Assembly: GCF_001481685.1 (NCBI RefSeq)
Contig: NZ_CP006867.1
Span: 630,001-662,000, forward strand
DNA length: 32,000 nt
Direction of reading: 5' to 3'
Source of the DNA: Ignicoccus islandicus DSM 13165
GTDB lineage: Archaea; Thermoproteota; Thermoprotei_A; Sulfolobales; Ignicoccaceae
Shown here: piece after piece, positions 18,337-27,049 of the stretch
Numbering within the stretch: the first letter of the stretch is position 1
Layout: each line of letters opens with the position of its first letter
Made by a program: the position numbers and the translations under genes
The notes under the pieces: model-generated
The model's input: only the letters and a program-made list of their open reading frames with translations
What the model was told of the DNA's origin: nothing
Database searches by the model: none

Positions 18337-20297
18337 CGAAACACCAAGCTCTCCCTTATCTTTGGCGTATAGACTTCTGAGTCTGAAGGCAAGCCCAACC
18401 TTCTGCTATTCCTTTTGATGGCTTTAGCTAGACCTTCTATCCTACTTGCTTCGCCGTGATTCAGAACTATATTTCTCGGTTTGGGACTTAGTGTCTTGAG
18501 CCAATTCAATAACTCGCTTCTCGAGCTATGACCAGAGAAACCTTCTACCGAGTATACGTGGAGCTTCACGTCTATTGGTACGGAGATCCCACCTTCTTGG
18601 AGCCATACTCTATTATATCCCTCTTTCAATTGTCTTCCTAGTGTCCCAGCTGCTTGATAAGCTACGAACACGAGAGAGTGACGAGGATCTTCAGCCATTT
18701 CCTTAAAGTAGTCGAGTGCCGGACCACCAGTGAGCATACCTGAAGTAGCAATTATAACGCCCGGATCGCCCTTTATTACGTCTTTTCTATCAACATCGTT
18801 CTTCCCTACAGTTTCGACGGATTCGTCCAAGAAGGGATTCTCGCCTTTAAGTATTTGGTCCTTTATCTTCTTCGAAAGCCACTCTGGGTACGTAGCGTGG
18901 ATTGCGGTCACTTCGTAAACCATACCATCTAAGTATATTTTTGGTTTAGAACCGTCCGGAAGCTTTAGTAATCCGTTCTTAATTGCATCTAGGAGAACTA
19001 ATAGTATTTCTTGGCCTCTCCCTATTGCTAATACTGGTATGAGTACCTTGCCCCCTCTTTCGAAGGTTTTCTTTATTATATCTATAAGCATCCTTTCGGA
19101 AAGTTCTCTAGGCGGTAAGTCCTCGGTACCATAAGTACTTTCCATGATAACCGTCTCAATCCTCGTAAACTTGTCGTTGGCTTTTTCTAGTAATCTCGTA
19201 TTTGCATACTTCATGTCTCCCGTATAAAGGATGTTGTAGAACCCTTCCCCGATATGTAAATGGGCCATTGCGCTTCCTAGTATGTGGCCGGCAGGATAGA
19301 AGGTCAACTTCACGTCTGGAGCGATGTCCGTTACTTCTGCATAGTTTATGGTGATGGTCCTTAGTAACATATCGGTTACATCTAGCATACTAAAGGGAGG
19401 TAATCGTCCTTGTTTTTGAGCCACCTCTATGTAATCTTTCAACATCAGGTACATGAGATCCCTAGTAGGGGGCGTTACGTATACCGGACCTCTATATCCA
19501 TACTTATATAGTAATGGAACTAATCCGCAATGATCCATGTGAGCATGCGTCACCACTACCGCATCTAATTCCTCTAAATCCAAGCCCTCGATACGCGGGA
19601 AGTGTTTCAAGGGATCGTATGAGCTTAAGTTAACGCCGAAGTCCAGCAATATCTTCGATTCCCTAGTTTCTACAAGTATAGCAGACCTACCAACCTCCAT
19701 GAAGCCACCGAACGCAGTTACCCTCACGTGATTCTCATCGGACTTGAATAGGAGTGGCCTATGTATTCTCAGTCCAATATCTTTAAGTATTTCCAACCTT
19801 TCCTTCGCAGCAGCTCTATATATGCTTCTTACTTCATCTATTGCTGCTGACTGGAGAGGAGGTTCTCTAATTACTACAGGCTTCCATCCAGTTTCTGCTA
19901 GTAGTTGTCTTTGTCTTTGACCGCCCTTACCAACTACGTACCCCGGTTTAGGAGTAATTATGTAGACTTCACCAGTTGTTGGTTCGAAATCTATCTTAGA
20001 TACGTTTTCGTGGCCTAAAATTTCTATTATCTTTTCCCTAGCTACGTCCCGAGGGAGTCTTTTGTCTTCAGAAGATTTTATTAGAATTCTCTTTCTCAGC
20101 TTCCTAGCTGCGTCTTTTATTATTTGGGGATTCTCGTATATTGGTAAGAGGTTAGTTACGTAAATAGCTATGGAAGGTCCTTCGTATTCTATCTTTTGTA
20201 TACCTAAATCATCTGGGAGGACTTCATATACTTCTCTTAAAAGTTTTTCTCTCGGATCAACAACGTTTCTCCGTCTATCCGTCTTGGTATTACTCAT
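18321..20297 (-). CDS. aCPSF1 / FttA-type beta-CASP ribonuclease with KH domains (transcription termination factor)
   Basis: KH region GYVVGKGGQRQRQLLAETGWKPVVI; MBL motif VVVTHAHMDHCGLVP; beta-CASP motifs MESTYG, FVAYQAAGTLGRQL, HVYSVEGFSGHSSRSEL, LNHGE. Confidence 0.95.
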   Translation of the reverse strand: MSNTKTDRRRNVVDPREKLLREVYEVLPDDLGIQKIEYEGPSIAIYVTNLLPIYENPQIIKDAARKLRKRILIKSSEDKRLPRDVAREKIIEILGHENVSKIDFEPTTGEVYIITPKPGYVVGKGGQRQRQLLAETGWKPVVIREPPLQSAAIDEVRSIYRAAAKERLEILKDIGLRIHRPLLFKSDENHVRVTAFGGFMEVGRSAILVETRESKILLDFGVNLSSYDPLKHFPRIEGLDLEELDAVVVTHAHMDHCGLVPLLYKYGYRGPVYVTPPTRDLMYLMLKDYIEVAQKQGRLPPFSMLDVTDMLLRTITINYAEVTDIAPDVKLTFYPAGHILGSAMAHLHIGEGFYNILYTGDMKYANTRLLEKANDKFTRIETVIMESTYGTEDLPPRELSERMLIDIIKKTFERGGKVLIPVLAIGRGQEILLVLLDAIKNGLLKLPDGSKPKIYLDGMVYEVTAIHATYPEWLSKKIKDQILKGENPFLDESVETVGKNDVDRKDVIKGDPGVIIATSGMLTGGPALDYFKEMAEDPRHSLVFVAYQAAGTLGRQLKEGYNRVWLQEGGISVPIDVKLHVYSVEGFSGHSSRSELLNWLKTLSPKPRNIVLNHGEASRIEGLAKAIKRNSRRLGLPSDSEVYTPKIRESLVFRQEDL

Positions 20298-20310
20298 GAG
20301 CCTAACACCT

Positions 20311-20793
20311 CTACTCTATGAGGTATCTCTTAAGTAGTATGGGTATGAGCCAAGGTTCCGAGCTCCCCTTCCTTCTCGGAGGTGCACTTAGCTGAGAGAA
20401 CTTCTTACAGACCACCTCTAGCGGACATTCGCCGCACTGCTTATTACACGTGGATCTATAAGTTTTCAATCCTTCATATATTCTCCAGAGCACGTAACCT
20501 ATTTCCTTCTCTACTTCGGAAAGCTCGTGATTTACGAGCTCTTTTTCAATACCATTTGAAGACTCCAAGTCCCTTTTCAAAGCATCACGGAGCTGCAGTA
20601 ACTTCGAATACCATCCGAACAAGGACAAGATGTATGATGGTGTGACATCGGTTAATGACGCCTCGTTTACGTTATCGTTACCGAACGTCTCAGCGTCAGT
20701 ATCTATAATTTCTAGATCATCTTCAGCAAACTCTTCCTCGTCATCAACTTTTTCCTCAGTGATATCGACGTGTTCTTCAATGTCTTCGATCAT
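20311..20793 (-). CDS. Hypothetical protein with acidic N-terminus and Cys cluster, 160 aa
   Basis: ORF 13 nt upstream of FttA on the same strand; acidic tail (EEKVDDEEEFAEDDLEIID) and CNKQCGECPLEVVC. Confidence 0.75.
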   Translation of the reverse strand: MIEDIEEHVDITEEKVDDEEEFAEDDLEIIDTDAETFGNDNVNEASLTDVTPSYILSLFGWYSKLLQLRDALKRDLESSNGIEKELVNHELSEVEKEIGYVLWRIYEGLKTYRSTCNKQCGECPLEVVCKKFSQLSAPPRRKGSSEPWLIPILLKRYLIE

Positions 20794-20817
20794 TAGTTAT
20801 TCACCGGGTGACATTGA

Positions 20818-21324
20818 ATGCACGAACACGAGGCTTTCGGACCCAAAAAAGCTAAAGTTTCTATAGTTGTAGTCTCAGATAAGGTATTTAAAGGTTTAAG
20901 GAAGGACGAAAGCGGTTTATATGCTCGTGAAAGAGTTTCAAAGGAACACGAAGTAGTATATTTCTCAGTGATACCTAATTCGCAAGAAGACATTTTAAAT
21001 GAACTTCAAAAAGCGAAGGAGACTGGTTCCGATGTACTAATTTTCATCGGAGGGAGTGGTCTCGGTCCGAACGATTTAACAGTAGACGTTGTTTCGAAAT
21101 ATGGAAAGGAAGTGCCGGGCTTTGGTGAAATATTCCGTTTGGAAACATATAGGAAACGAGGTCCCATTGCTATTCTTACGAGAGCCGGTATGTGGATAGT
21201 TGATAGCACGATCGTTGTCGTAACCCCTGGTTCTAAAGATGCAGTAAGTACTGCTCTAGACGTTCTCCTACCAGTTTTGCGCCATCTAATTGCCGAAGTA
21301 AGGGGATTGAGACACAATAAGTAA
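20818..21324 (+). CDS. moaB: Molybdenum cofactor biosynthesis protein MoaB/MogA family
   Basis: VVVSDKVFKG, DVLIFIGGSGLGPNDLTVDVV, TRAGMWIVDSTIVVVTPGSKDAV. Confidence 0.88.
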   Translation: MHEHEAFGPKKAKVSIVVVSDKVFKGLRKDESGLYARERVSKEHEVVYFSVIPNSQEDILNELQKAKETGSDVLIFIGGSGLGPNDLTVDVVSKYGKEVPGFGEIFRLETYRKRGPIAILTRAGMWIVDSTIVVVTPGSKDAVSTALDVLLPVLRHLIAEVRGLRHNK

Positions 21325-21358
21325 AATTTTTAAATCCCTAAGACCACTCCCTCACGGA

Positions 21359-21436
21359 GCCGCCGTAGTATAGTCCGGCCAAGTATGCGGGCCTCTCAAG
21401 CCCGTGACCCGGGTTCAAATCCCGGCGGCGGCACCA
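21359..21436 (+). tRNA. tRNA-Glu(CTC), CCA encoded, intronless
   Basis: Acceptor GCCGCCG/CGGCGGC, anticodon stem-loop CGGGC-CTCTCAA-GCCCG, T arm CCGGG-TTCAAAT-CCCGG, then A-CCA. Confidence 0.95.
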
Positions 21437-21716
21437 ATCCACGCTCACTAAGAGCATATTCTTACCTTTTCTAACAATTACCTCCCAACTCTTACGAAGA
21501 CCCCCAGGATTAATCTCGATACACCGTTAATTCATAATATGTTTTTATATTCAGTGTCGCTGTACCTTATCAATAGACAGCAATAGAATCGAATAAGAAT
21601 AAGTTTAAATGTGAAGATTAAATAGCGGAACAGTACTAAATAGATTGTGCATGTACACGAAACTTGAGATAGGATGAACTATATGATTGTATTCCTTCCA
21701 TTCGCTATATAATAAT

Positions 21717-21750
21717 TAATAAGAAGAGATATAGGAGCCCCGAGGCGGGG
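21717..21750 (-). terminator. Hairpin plus U-rich 3' trailer of tRNA-Lys(TTT)
   Basis: Same 34 nt as 26872-26905: 5-bp CCCCG/CGGGG stem, 3-nt loop, then pyrimidine/U-rich tract. Confidence 0.5.
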
Positions 21751-21840
21751 TGGCGGGCCCGCCGGGATTTGAACCCGGGACCAACGGGTTTCTTCCATAG
21801 GTTAAAAGCCCGCCGCTCTGCCTGGCTGAGCTACGGGCCC
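21751..21840 (-). tRNA. tRNA-Lys(TTT) with 13-nt canonical 37/38 intron (21790-21802)
   Basis: Acceptor GGGCCCG/CGGGCCC; anticodon stem GCGGG/CCCGT; loop CTTTTA-[ACCTATGGAAGAA]-A; BHB central helix CUUU/GAAG with 3-nt bulges UA|A and AA|A. Confidence 0.94.
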
Positions 21841-21933
21841 ACGACACCATTCATAGGCCTTCTAAGATAGTTAATAAATTTTGGTGGAAAGGAGCAATGG
21901 GATAGAGCGATTAGGAGCGAACTACCTGAAAAT

Positions 21934-23484
21934 TTGATGAAGATTTTAATGAGGATGGATGGAAGGGGTTACAAGAGTTACAAACTGCTTCTTAAAGAGA
22001 GATATAAGATTGGTAGAATTAACCTGAGCTTTAGGAAAATTCAATCCGATCCGTTCGCCCCACCAAGCGTATTGGAAATAGTTACTCCGAACACGCTGAA
22101 AGGGTACCCTCAAGTCGCTTTAGAGGATTTACTTCATAGAGTTCTCTATAAGAACTTAAGGAAAGTCTCAAAAAAGAGAGGTGAGGGGAGAAGCGGTGAA
22201 GCCTCAGTACCTCGTCCGAGTAATTCTATTCTAAAGAGAAGTTCTGTAAAGGTAACTGATGAAAATATTGCCGTTAGAATTAACGTAGGATTGCCTTCCC
22301 GAAGAAGACGAATTCTCGCTACTGAGGCCATTGAACTCATCGAAAGCGTTCTCAAGGCGTTTAATTCGAGCCTAAGCGATCTAAAAGGTTCCATCGAAGA
22401 ACACTCGAAAGTATACCTAGTATTCAACGAAATAAGGAACAAATTAGGAAGATTGAAATTAGTTGCCTTTGTAGGGAACGGTTCTATCTTACCGAGGGCA
22501 TGCCATTACTGCGAAGAACCGTTAAAGGGTGCGGTACCATTCGAAAGTCCCACCTCCATGAAGGTAGAAATAGAGACTAAATTCGGAGTTTTCGAAGGGA
22601 TGGGTGTACCCAAGGGCGTTACGACGGTCATAGGACCGGCTTTCCATGGAAAAACGACGCTTCTAGAAGCGCTTGCGAAAAGCATCTGGCCCCACGTTAA
22701 AGGGGATGGTAGAGAATTAGTTGTGACTTCAAAGGACTTCGTTTACGTTCGCTCGGAAGACGGAAGGGTAGTTAAGTGCGTTGACGTAAGGTCATTCATT
22801 GAGCTTCCAAATAGCGATTGCTTCACCACTCTTGACGCTTCCGGTGCAACCAGCGTAGCTGCTTCCTTTCAGGAGGCTGTAGAGGTCGGCTCTAACGTTA
22901 TTGCTATAGATGAAGATTACACTGCAACGAACTTCCTCTTTTTAGATCCTATAATAGGAAAATTGTATCGTACAAGAACAATAAGAACCCTTTCGGAACA
23001 ACTTTCCTCAATAAAGGATAAGGGAATAAGCGTTTTATTGATAGCCAATGCCTCATCCCAAGTTTTGGTCCAGTCAGATAAAGTGATCTACATGGAAAAC
23101 TACTCGCCGGAAGACTTAACGGAACGGGTCAAGAACGAAATCGATGTTAACGTCAACGCAATCGAGTACTCGAAACCTTCTTCACGCATAATCGAGTACG
23201 TACCCCCTAAGAAGTTGAAGAGGAGGGGCCTCGAGATAATTTCCCCAGGCTGGAGCGCTCCCTTGGACTTTCACACTAATCCACATATAGTAGAAGAAGC
23301 TCAAGTCGAGTTCATTGCAAAGTTCCTCTCTAAGAAATTTAGCGGTAAATTAAGCGAACTAGACCTACCGCATCCTTGGGACCTCTGCGTAACTCCCAAT
23401 TGCAGCGAGGTCAGGACTTACGAAATAGCTTACGCACTTAACAGATGTGAAGGCATTAGAGTAATGAAACTCACTAACATTTAA
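21934..23484 (+). CDS. Predicted ABC-class ATPase (COG3044-like)
   Basis: RMDGRGYKSYK, GMGVPKGVTTVIGPAFHGKTTLLEALAKSIWPHVKGDGRE, VIAIDEDYTATNFL. Confidence 0.85.
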   Translation: MMKILMRMDGRGYKSYKLLLKERYKIGRINLSFRKIQSDPFAPPSVLEIVTPNTLKGYPQVALEDLLHRVLYKNLRKVSKKRGEGRSGEASVPRPSNSILKRSSVKVTDENIAVRINVGLPSRRRRILATEAIELIESVLKAFNSSLSDLKGSIEEHSKVYLVFNEIRNKLGRLKLVAFVGNGSILPRACHYCEEPLKGAVPFESPTSMKVEIETKFGVFEGMGVPKGVTTVIGPAFHGKTTLLEALAKSIWPHVKGDGRELVVTSKDFVYVRSEDGRVVKCVDVRSFIELPNSDCFTTLDASGATSVAASFQEAVEVGSNVIAIDEDYTATNFLFLDPIIGKLYRTRTIRTLSEQLSSIKDKGISVLLIANASSQVLVQSDKVIYMENYSPEDLTERVKNEIDVNVNAIEYSKPSSRIIEYVPPKKLKRRGLEIISPGWSAPLDFHTNPHIVEEAQVEFIAKFLSKKFSGKLSELDLPHPWDLCVTPNCSEVRTYEIAYALNRCEGIRVMKLTNI

Positions 23485-23520
23485 GGGAAGAGCAATTGAT
23501 ACGATTGCGGTTAGGAATAG

Positions 23521-24618
23521 TTGGATAGGAAAGTGATATTAGTAGCGTGTACTCGGAGCGACAACTTCGAGGAAACCTTAGCGCTCTGTCACACGGCCAA
23601 CTTAAAAGTGGTAGATGTACTCAATTTCTGTAAGAAGCCGGATCCAGGTTTCTACCTTACTAAAGGTAAGCTAAAGGAACTGAAAGAAATGGTGGAGAAA
23701 GACTCCCTCAATGCAATCGTAATCGATACGCAGCTCAAACCAAGCCAATACTACAGGCTTCAGAGGGAATTGGGCGTTGAAGTTATAGATAGGGTTATGT
23801 TAATACTGAAAATTTTCGAACTCCATAGTGGAAGCAAAGAAGCTAAGCTCCAGACCGAGCTAGCTCGCCTAAAGTACGAACTTTCTATATCAAAGGAATA
23901 TATTAGGAGAAAGAAATTAGGCGAACAAGTTCACTTCCTAGGTCCTGGTGAATACGCAGCCGAATATCTCATCAAGGCGTTTCACAGGAAGATAAAGAAA
24001 ATAGAAAACGAGCTAGAGAAAGTGAAGAAAAGGCGAATGACCCAAAAACTAAGCAGGAGGAGGAGCTTAAGTGCACCCGAAGTGGCCGTAACGGGATATA
24101 CATGTGCTGGTAAAACTGCTCTAATAAACGCTCTTTCTAAATCTAATTTAATGGAAGGACCTGAGATGTTCACAACAATAACTCCGAAGCACGTCAAAGT
24201 AAGGCGCAACGGCTGGGAGGTAGTTCTTATTGATACTGTGGGATTCATCGAAAGCGTCCCACCTCAACTGATTGAGGCGTTCCACGCAACGTTGGCCGAG
24301 GTCACCTATTCGGATGCCATTCTCTTAGTAATCGATTCTTCAGAAGAGGAAGGTCGTGTAATCAATAAAACTCTGAGTAGCCTCGAAACGCTGAGTGAAA
24401 TAGATGCGATCGACAAACCCTTAGTTGTGGCGCTAAACAAAATAGACATAGCACGCGACTGGAAATCCAAGATGGAAGTTCTAGAAGAACTATTGAAAGA
24501 ATACTACCCTTGGAGCTTCTCTATAGTTCCCGTATCAGCTAGAGCTCAGCTAAACTTGAACTTACTATTAGACGTTCTCAAGGGCGTCGTAACTAAAACG
24601 GCATCGAATTCCGTTTGA
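23521..24618 (+). CDS. hflX: GTPase HflX
   Basis: GKLKELKEMVEKDSLNAIVIDTQLKPSQYYRLQRELGVEVIDRVMLILKIFELHS; G1 GYTCAGKTALINAL, G3 DTVGFIESVPPQLIEAFHATL, NKID. Confidence 0.93.
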   Translation: MDRKVILVACTRSDNFEETLALCHTANLKVVDVLNFCKKPDPGFYLTKGKLKELKEMVEKDSLNAIVIDTQLKPSQYYRLQRELGVEVIDRVMLILKIFELHSGSKEAKLQTELARLKYELSISKEYIRRKKLGEQVHFLGPGEYAAEYLIKAFHRKIKKIENELEKVKKRRMTQKLSRRRSLSAPEVAVTGYTCAGKTALINALSKSNLMEGPEMFTTITPKHVKVRRNGWEVVLIDTVGFIESVPPQLIEAFHATLAEVTYSDAILLVIDSSEEEGRVINKTLSSLETLSEIDAIDKPLVVALNKIDIARDWKSKMEVLEELLKEYYPWSFSIVPVSARAQLNLNLLLDVLKGVVTKTASNSV

Positions 24619-24669
24619 ATGCAAGTTAACTAATTTAAAATCGGTCTATTCTACCCTCTTCAACGGGTT

Positions 24670-24861
24670 GTGAGGTTGAAGGTGGATGAAATCTTAAAGG
24701 AAATATTGGTCTCTCACGGTTCCCCCCTACCTGTAAAGAACGTAATCGAATATATTAAGGCGCGAGAACCTACTATTGATGAGAACGAGATCCAAAAGGC
24801 CATAGTGCGATGTCCCGAGATATATCTCTCAAAAGATTTCGTTTACTTGTTGGACGAATGA
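24670..24861 (+). CDS. Small protein, possible winged-helix, 63 aa
   Basis: Intact ORF with its own TATA-like TAATTTAAAA upstream; helix-rich pattern ILKEILVSHGSPLPVKNVIEYI. Confidence 0.55.
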   Translation: MRLKVDEILKEILVSHGSPLPVKNVIEYIKAREPTIDENEIQKAIVRCPEIYLSKDFVYLLDE

Positions 24862-25352
24862 TCGTAGACGCAAATTAAATCAGGGTAAACCTCTATTGCT
24901 TGTTCACACCTCAGCCCTATCCCCTTAAGCGAGCTTACGAGCGTACTACGACACGTTCGACGAATTTCCGAGTAAAAAGTCTCCCGACTAGAGAGGTTTT
25001 GGAGCACAGTAAAGGAATAGCAAGTATTAAATGAGTTCGAACGGAACGGCAAGCTTCTCGCGTCCGCTCTTATTACGTCTGCTAAGAGCTTCGTCTTCCT
25101 CTCTCGAGCCCGTTCCAACATCCCTAAGCTTATATCTATACCAATGTAAAACACGTCTTCTAGTTCCTCCATTAGTAAACCAGTGCCGCAACCTATGTCC
25201 AATACCCTTCTTTGAGGTTTCAAAACTTTTAATCCTATTTGGTATTTCCTTCTCTGTTCGTTCCCATATAGTTCGTCGTACCCTCTTGCAATTGCGTCGT
25301 AATATATTCTATTTTCAATGGCTTTGTTGAAATCCATTTTCATTGGTCTCAC
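24843..25352 (-). CDS. SAM-dependent methyltransferase (class I)
   Basis: VLDIGCGTGLLMEEL, GIDISLGML, ADARSLPFRSNSFNTCYSFTVLQNL. Confidence 0.88.
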   Translation of the reverse strand: MRPMKMDFNKAIENRIYYDAIARGYDELYGNEQRRKYQIGLKVLKPQRRVLDIGCGTGLLMEELEDVFYIGIDISLGMLERARERKTKLLADVIRADARSLPFRSNSFNTCYSFTVLQNLSSRETFYSEIRRTCRSTLVSSLKGIGLRCEQAIEVYPDLICVYDHSSNK

Positions 25353-26209
25353 CTTACAGGGAAATATAGTGACCTCATTTCGGAGAAGCTTAATTTAAAC
25401 CATGAGTCCTCAACGGGGTAATTCTCGTAGAGTTCATCTCGTTTCGCCTCCAGTAATTTCTCCGGAATCGCTAAGACGTCATTGAATGCTTTGACCTTAA
25501 ACTTTAGGAACTTCCTCCATTCTTTTATTCTGGCTATATGGTGGTCTACGATTGCTCTACCTCCTAGTATGTTTATTAACTTAAAATGACTATCATCGAC
25601 TTTGATTCTACTTAAGTACAGTGGGGGCCCATCTATTACAACTGTCTTCGCCTCACTCTTTACCAACCAATCGTGAACATCTAATGGTCCTCCTTGGATG
25701 TCTGAACTGAAAGCGAACTCACCGTCTATTTCCACTGCAACTACGTACCCGAGCCTTTCCGAATCCCCATGAGGTAGTGGAGGAGAGAACTTGAATATGT
25801 GAGAAGATACTTCCATTAAGGAGTTATCGGCTATTTCTATCCTTACGTTTACCCTTTTTTCTTGAAGTTGTTTGAGAAACTTGTAGGCCCTTATCTTCTG
25901 ACTAACGTTTATGAACCTCTTGTAGTCCTTAATTATTAATATTTTACCATCTAATATCGAGTTATCATATAACCAGCCTGGGTTGTAGTGATCGCGATGA
26001 TAGTGGGTTATGATTACAACATCGGATCCATCGAGAGCCCTAACTATTCTCTTTGCAGCATTGACGAGTTCTTCCCATTCCAAAGGATGGGGTGGAAGAC
26101 CGAAACGCCTTGGAGCGAGGGAGGCAGATGGATCGATAACCACGTTGTCATATCTCACGCTCATACTTCTTACTCCTAACGTTTCGGCAGCCAAGGGTTC
26201 CCAAACCAT
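25349..26209 (-). CDS. Metallo-beta-lactamase-fold protein, UPF0282-like
   Basis: SDVVIITHYHRDHYNPGW, FAFSSDIQGG, RAIVDHHI. Confidence 0.85.
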   Translation of the reverse strand: MVWEPLAAETLGVRSMSVRYDNVVIDPSASLAPRRFGLPPHPLEWEELVNAAKRIVRALDGSDVVIITHYHRDHYNPGWLYDNSILDGKILIIKDYKRFINVSQKIRAYKFLKQLQEKRVNVRIEIADNSLMEVSSHIFKFSPPLPHGDSERLGYVVAVEIDGEFAFSSDIQGGPLDVHDWLVKSEAKTVVIDGPPLYLSRIKVDDSHFKLINILGGRAIVDHHIARIKEWRKFLKFKVKAFNDVLAIPEKLLEAKRDELYENYPVEDSWFKLSFSEMRSLYFPVR

Positions 26210-26829
26210 GATTTCGCTAACCTCCTACTTACAGTATCGCTTATTCGAATTGGTTCCGGAAGACCGTATTTTAGAAACTTCTTAGTAATCTCAACGGCTG
26301 ATTTCAAGGAAACGCAATGTCCAATGCTAACGAAGAGTTCCTTTTTATTTTTTCTTAGTGTAACCGCTATTACGTTTCCATTGTCATCAAATAGACACTG
26401 ACCGAAATCACAATTACCCTCTTTCCCATAGAGCCTCTTTTTCGCAATGCCGATGGTGGGTTTGTCTGCGACCACGCCCACGTGTGAAGCCACGCCGGCA
26501 CCTCTCGGATGTGCTATACCGTGTCCATCAACCAGAATTACATCAACATCGGCCTTTTTTACTAAGGGATAGTATAGAGGTACTTCGCGAAAAGCCAAGA
26601 ACGTTGGGATATATGGAATAGGGACATGTGAGTAAGAATACTTAATTTCCAAGAGATCCCTTGTATTGTAGTCTAAGATGCTCAAGACGGCTACTCCGAA
26701 AGCTCTGTTACGGCTGTAAGACACATCGAGGCCTCCAACGCTCTTGAGCTTTTCGAAGCAGTCCTCTCTTACAATTCTCTTAGCTATTTCTAGCTGAGCC
26801 GACTTAGCTTTACCTACATCGAATTTCAA
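26176..26829 (-). CDS. nfi: Endonuclease V
   Basis: GLDVSYSRNRAFGVAVL, YIPTFLAFREVPLYYPLV, DVILVDGHGIAHPRGAGVASHVGV, IGIAKKRLYG. Confidence 0.93.
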   Translation of the reverse strand: MKFDVGKAKSAQLEIAKRIVREDCFEKLKSVGGLDVSYSRNRAFGVAVLSILDYNTRDLLEIKYSYSHVPIPYIPTFLAFREVPLYYPLVKKADVDVILVDGHGIAHPRGAGVASHVGVVADKPTIGIAKKRLYGKEGNCDFGQCLFDDNGNVIAVTLRKNKKELFVSIGHCVSLKSAVEITKKFLKYGLPEPIRISDTVSRRLAKSWFGNPWLPKR

Positions 26830-26871
26830 AGGTTATCGACCTTCTGCGCATCACCATTAAGTAATTTGGAA

Positions 26872-26905
26872 TAATAAGAAGAGATATAGGAGCCCCGAGG
26901 CGGGG
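26872..26905 (-). terminator. Hairpin plus U-rich 3' trailer of tRNA-Lys(CTT)
   Basis: RNA strand CCCCG-CCU-CGGGG-CUCCUAUAUCUCUUCUUAUUA directly after CCA. Identical in the other tRNA-Lys gene at 21717-21750. Confidence 0.5.
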
Positions 26906-27005
26906 TGGCGGGCCCGCCGGGATTTGAACCCGGGACTTCCGCGGTGGGCCAAGCCACCTCTACGGGTTAAGAGCCCGCCGCTCTACCAAGCTGAGCTACG
27001 GGCCC
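26906..27005 (-). tRNA. tRNA-Lys(CTT) with 23-nt non-canonical variable-loop intron (26937-26959)
   Basis: Acceptor GGGCCCG/CGGGCCC; anticodon stem-loop GCGGG-CTCTTAA-CCCGT; intron AGGTGGCTTGGCCCACCGCGGAA defined by BHB: H = CCGU/GCGG, bulges AG|A and AA|G, h' = GGUGG/CCACC. Splicing leaves a 5-nt variable loop AGGTC. Confidence 0.92.
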
Positions 27006-27049
27006 TCACGCCCCGCGTTTCTCCCGTTTAATGCTTGCTAGATATGGGG

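Noticed and set aside
20660-20720. C/D-box-like pattern on minus strand: TTGATGA ... CTGA-AGATGAT ... CTGA
   Set aside because: Lies inside the acidic D/E-rich coding stretch (GAT/GAA codons generate such motifs), the C box lacks the leading purine and no terminal stem is evident.
21437-21716. 280-bp AT-rich gap between tRNA-Glu and tRNA-Lys checked for CRISPR, att sites or ncRNA
   Set aside because: No repeats, no integrase nearby and no convincing stem-loop or C/D motif by eye.
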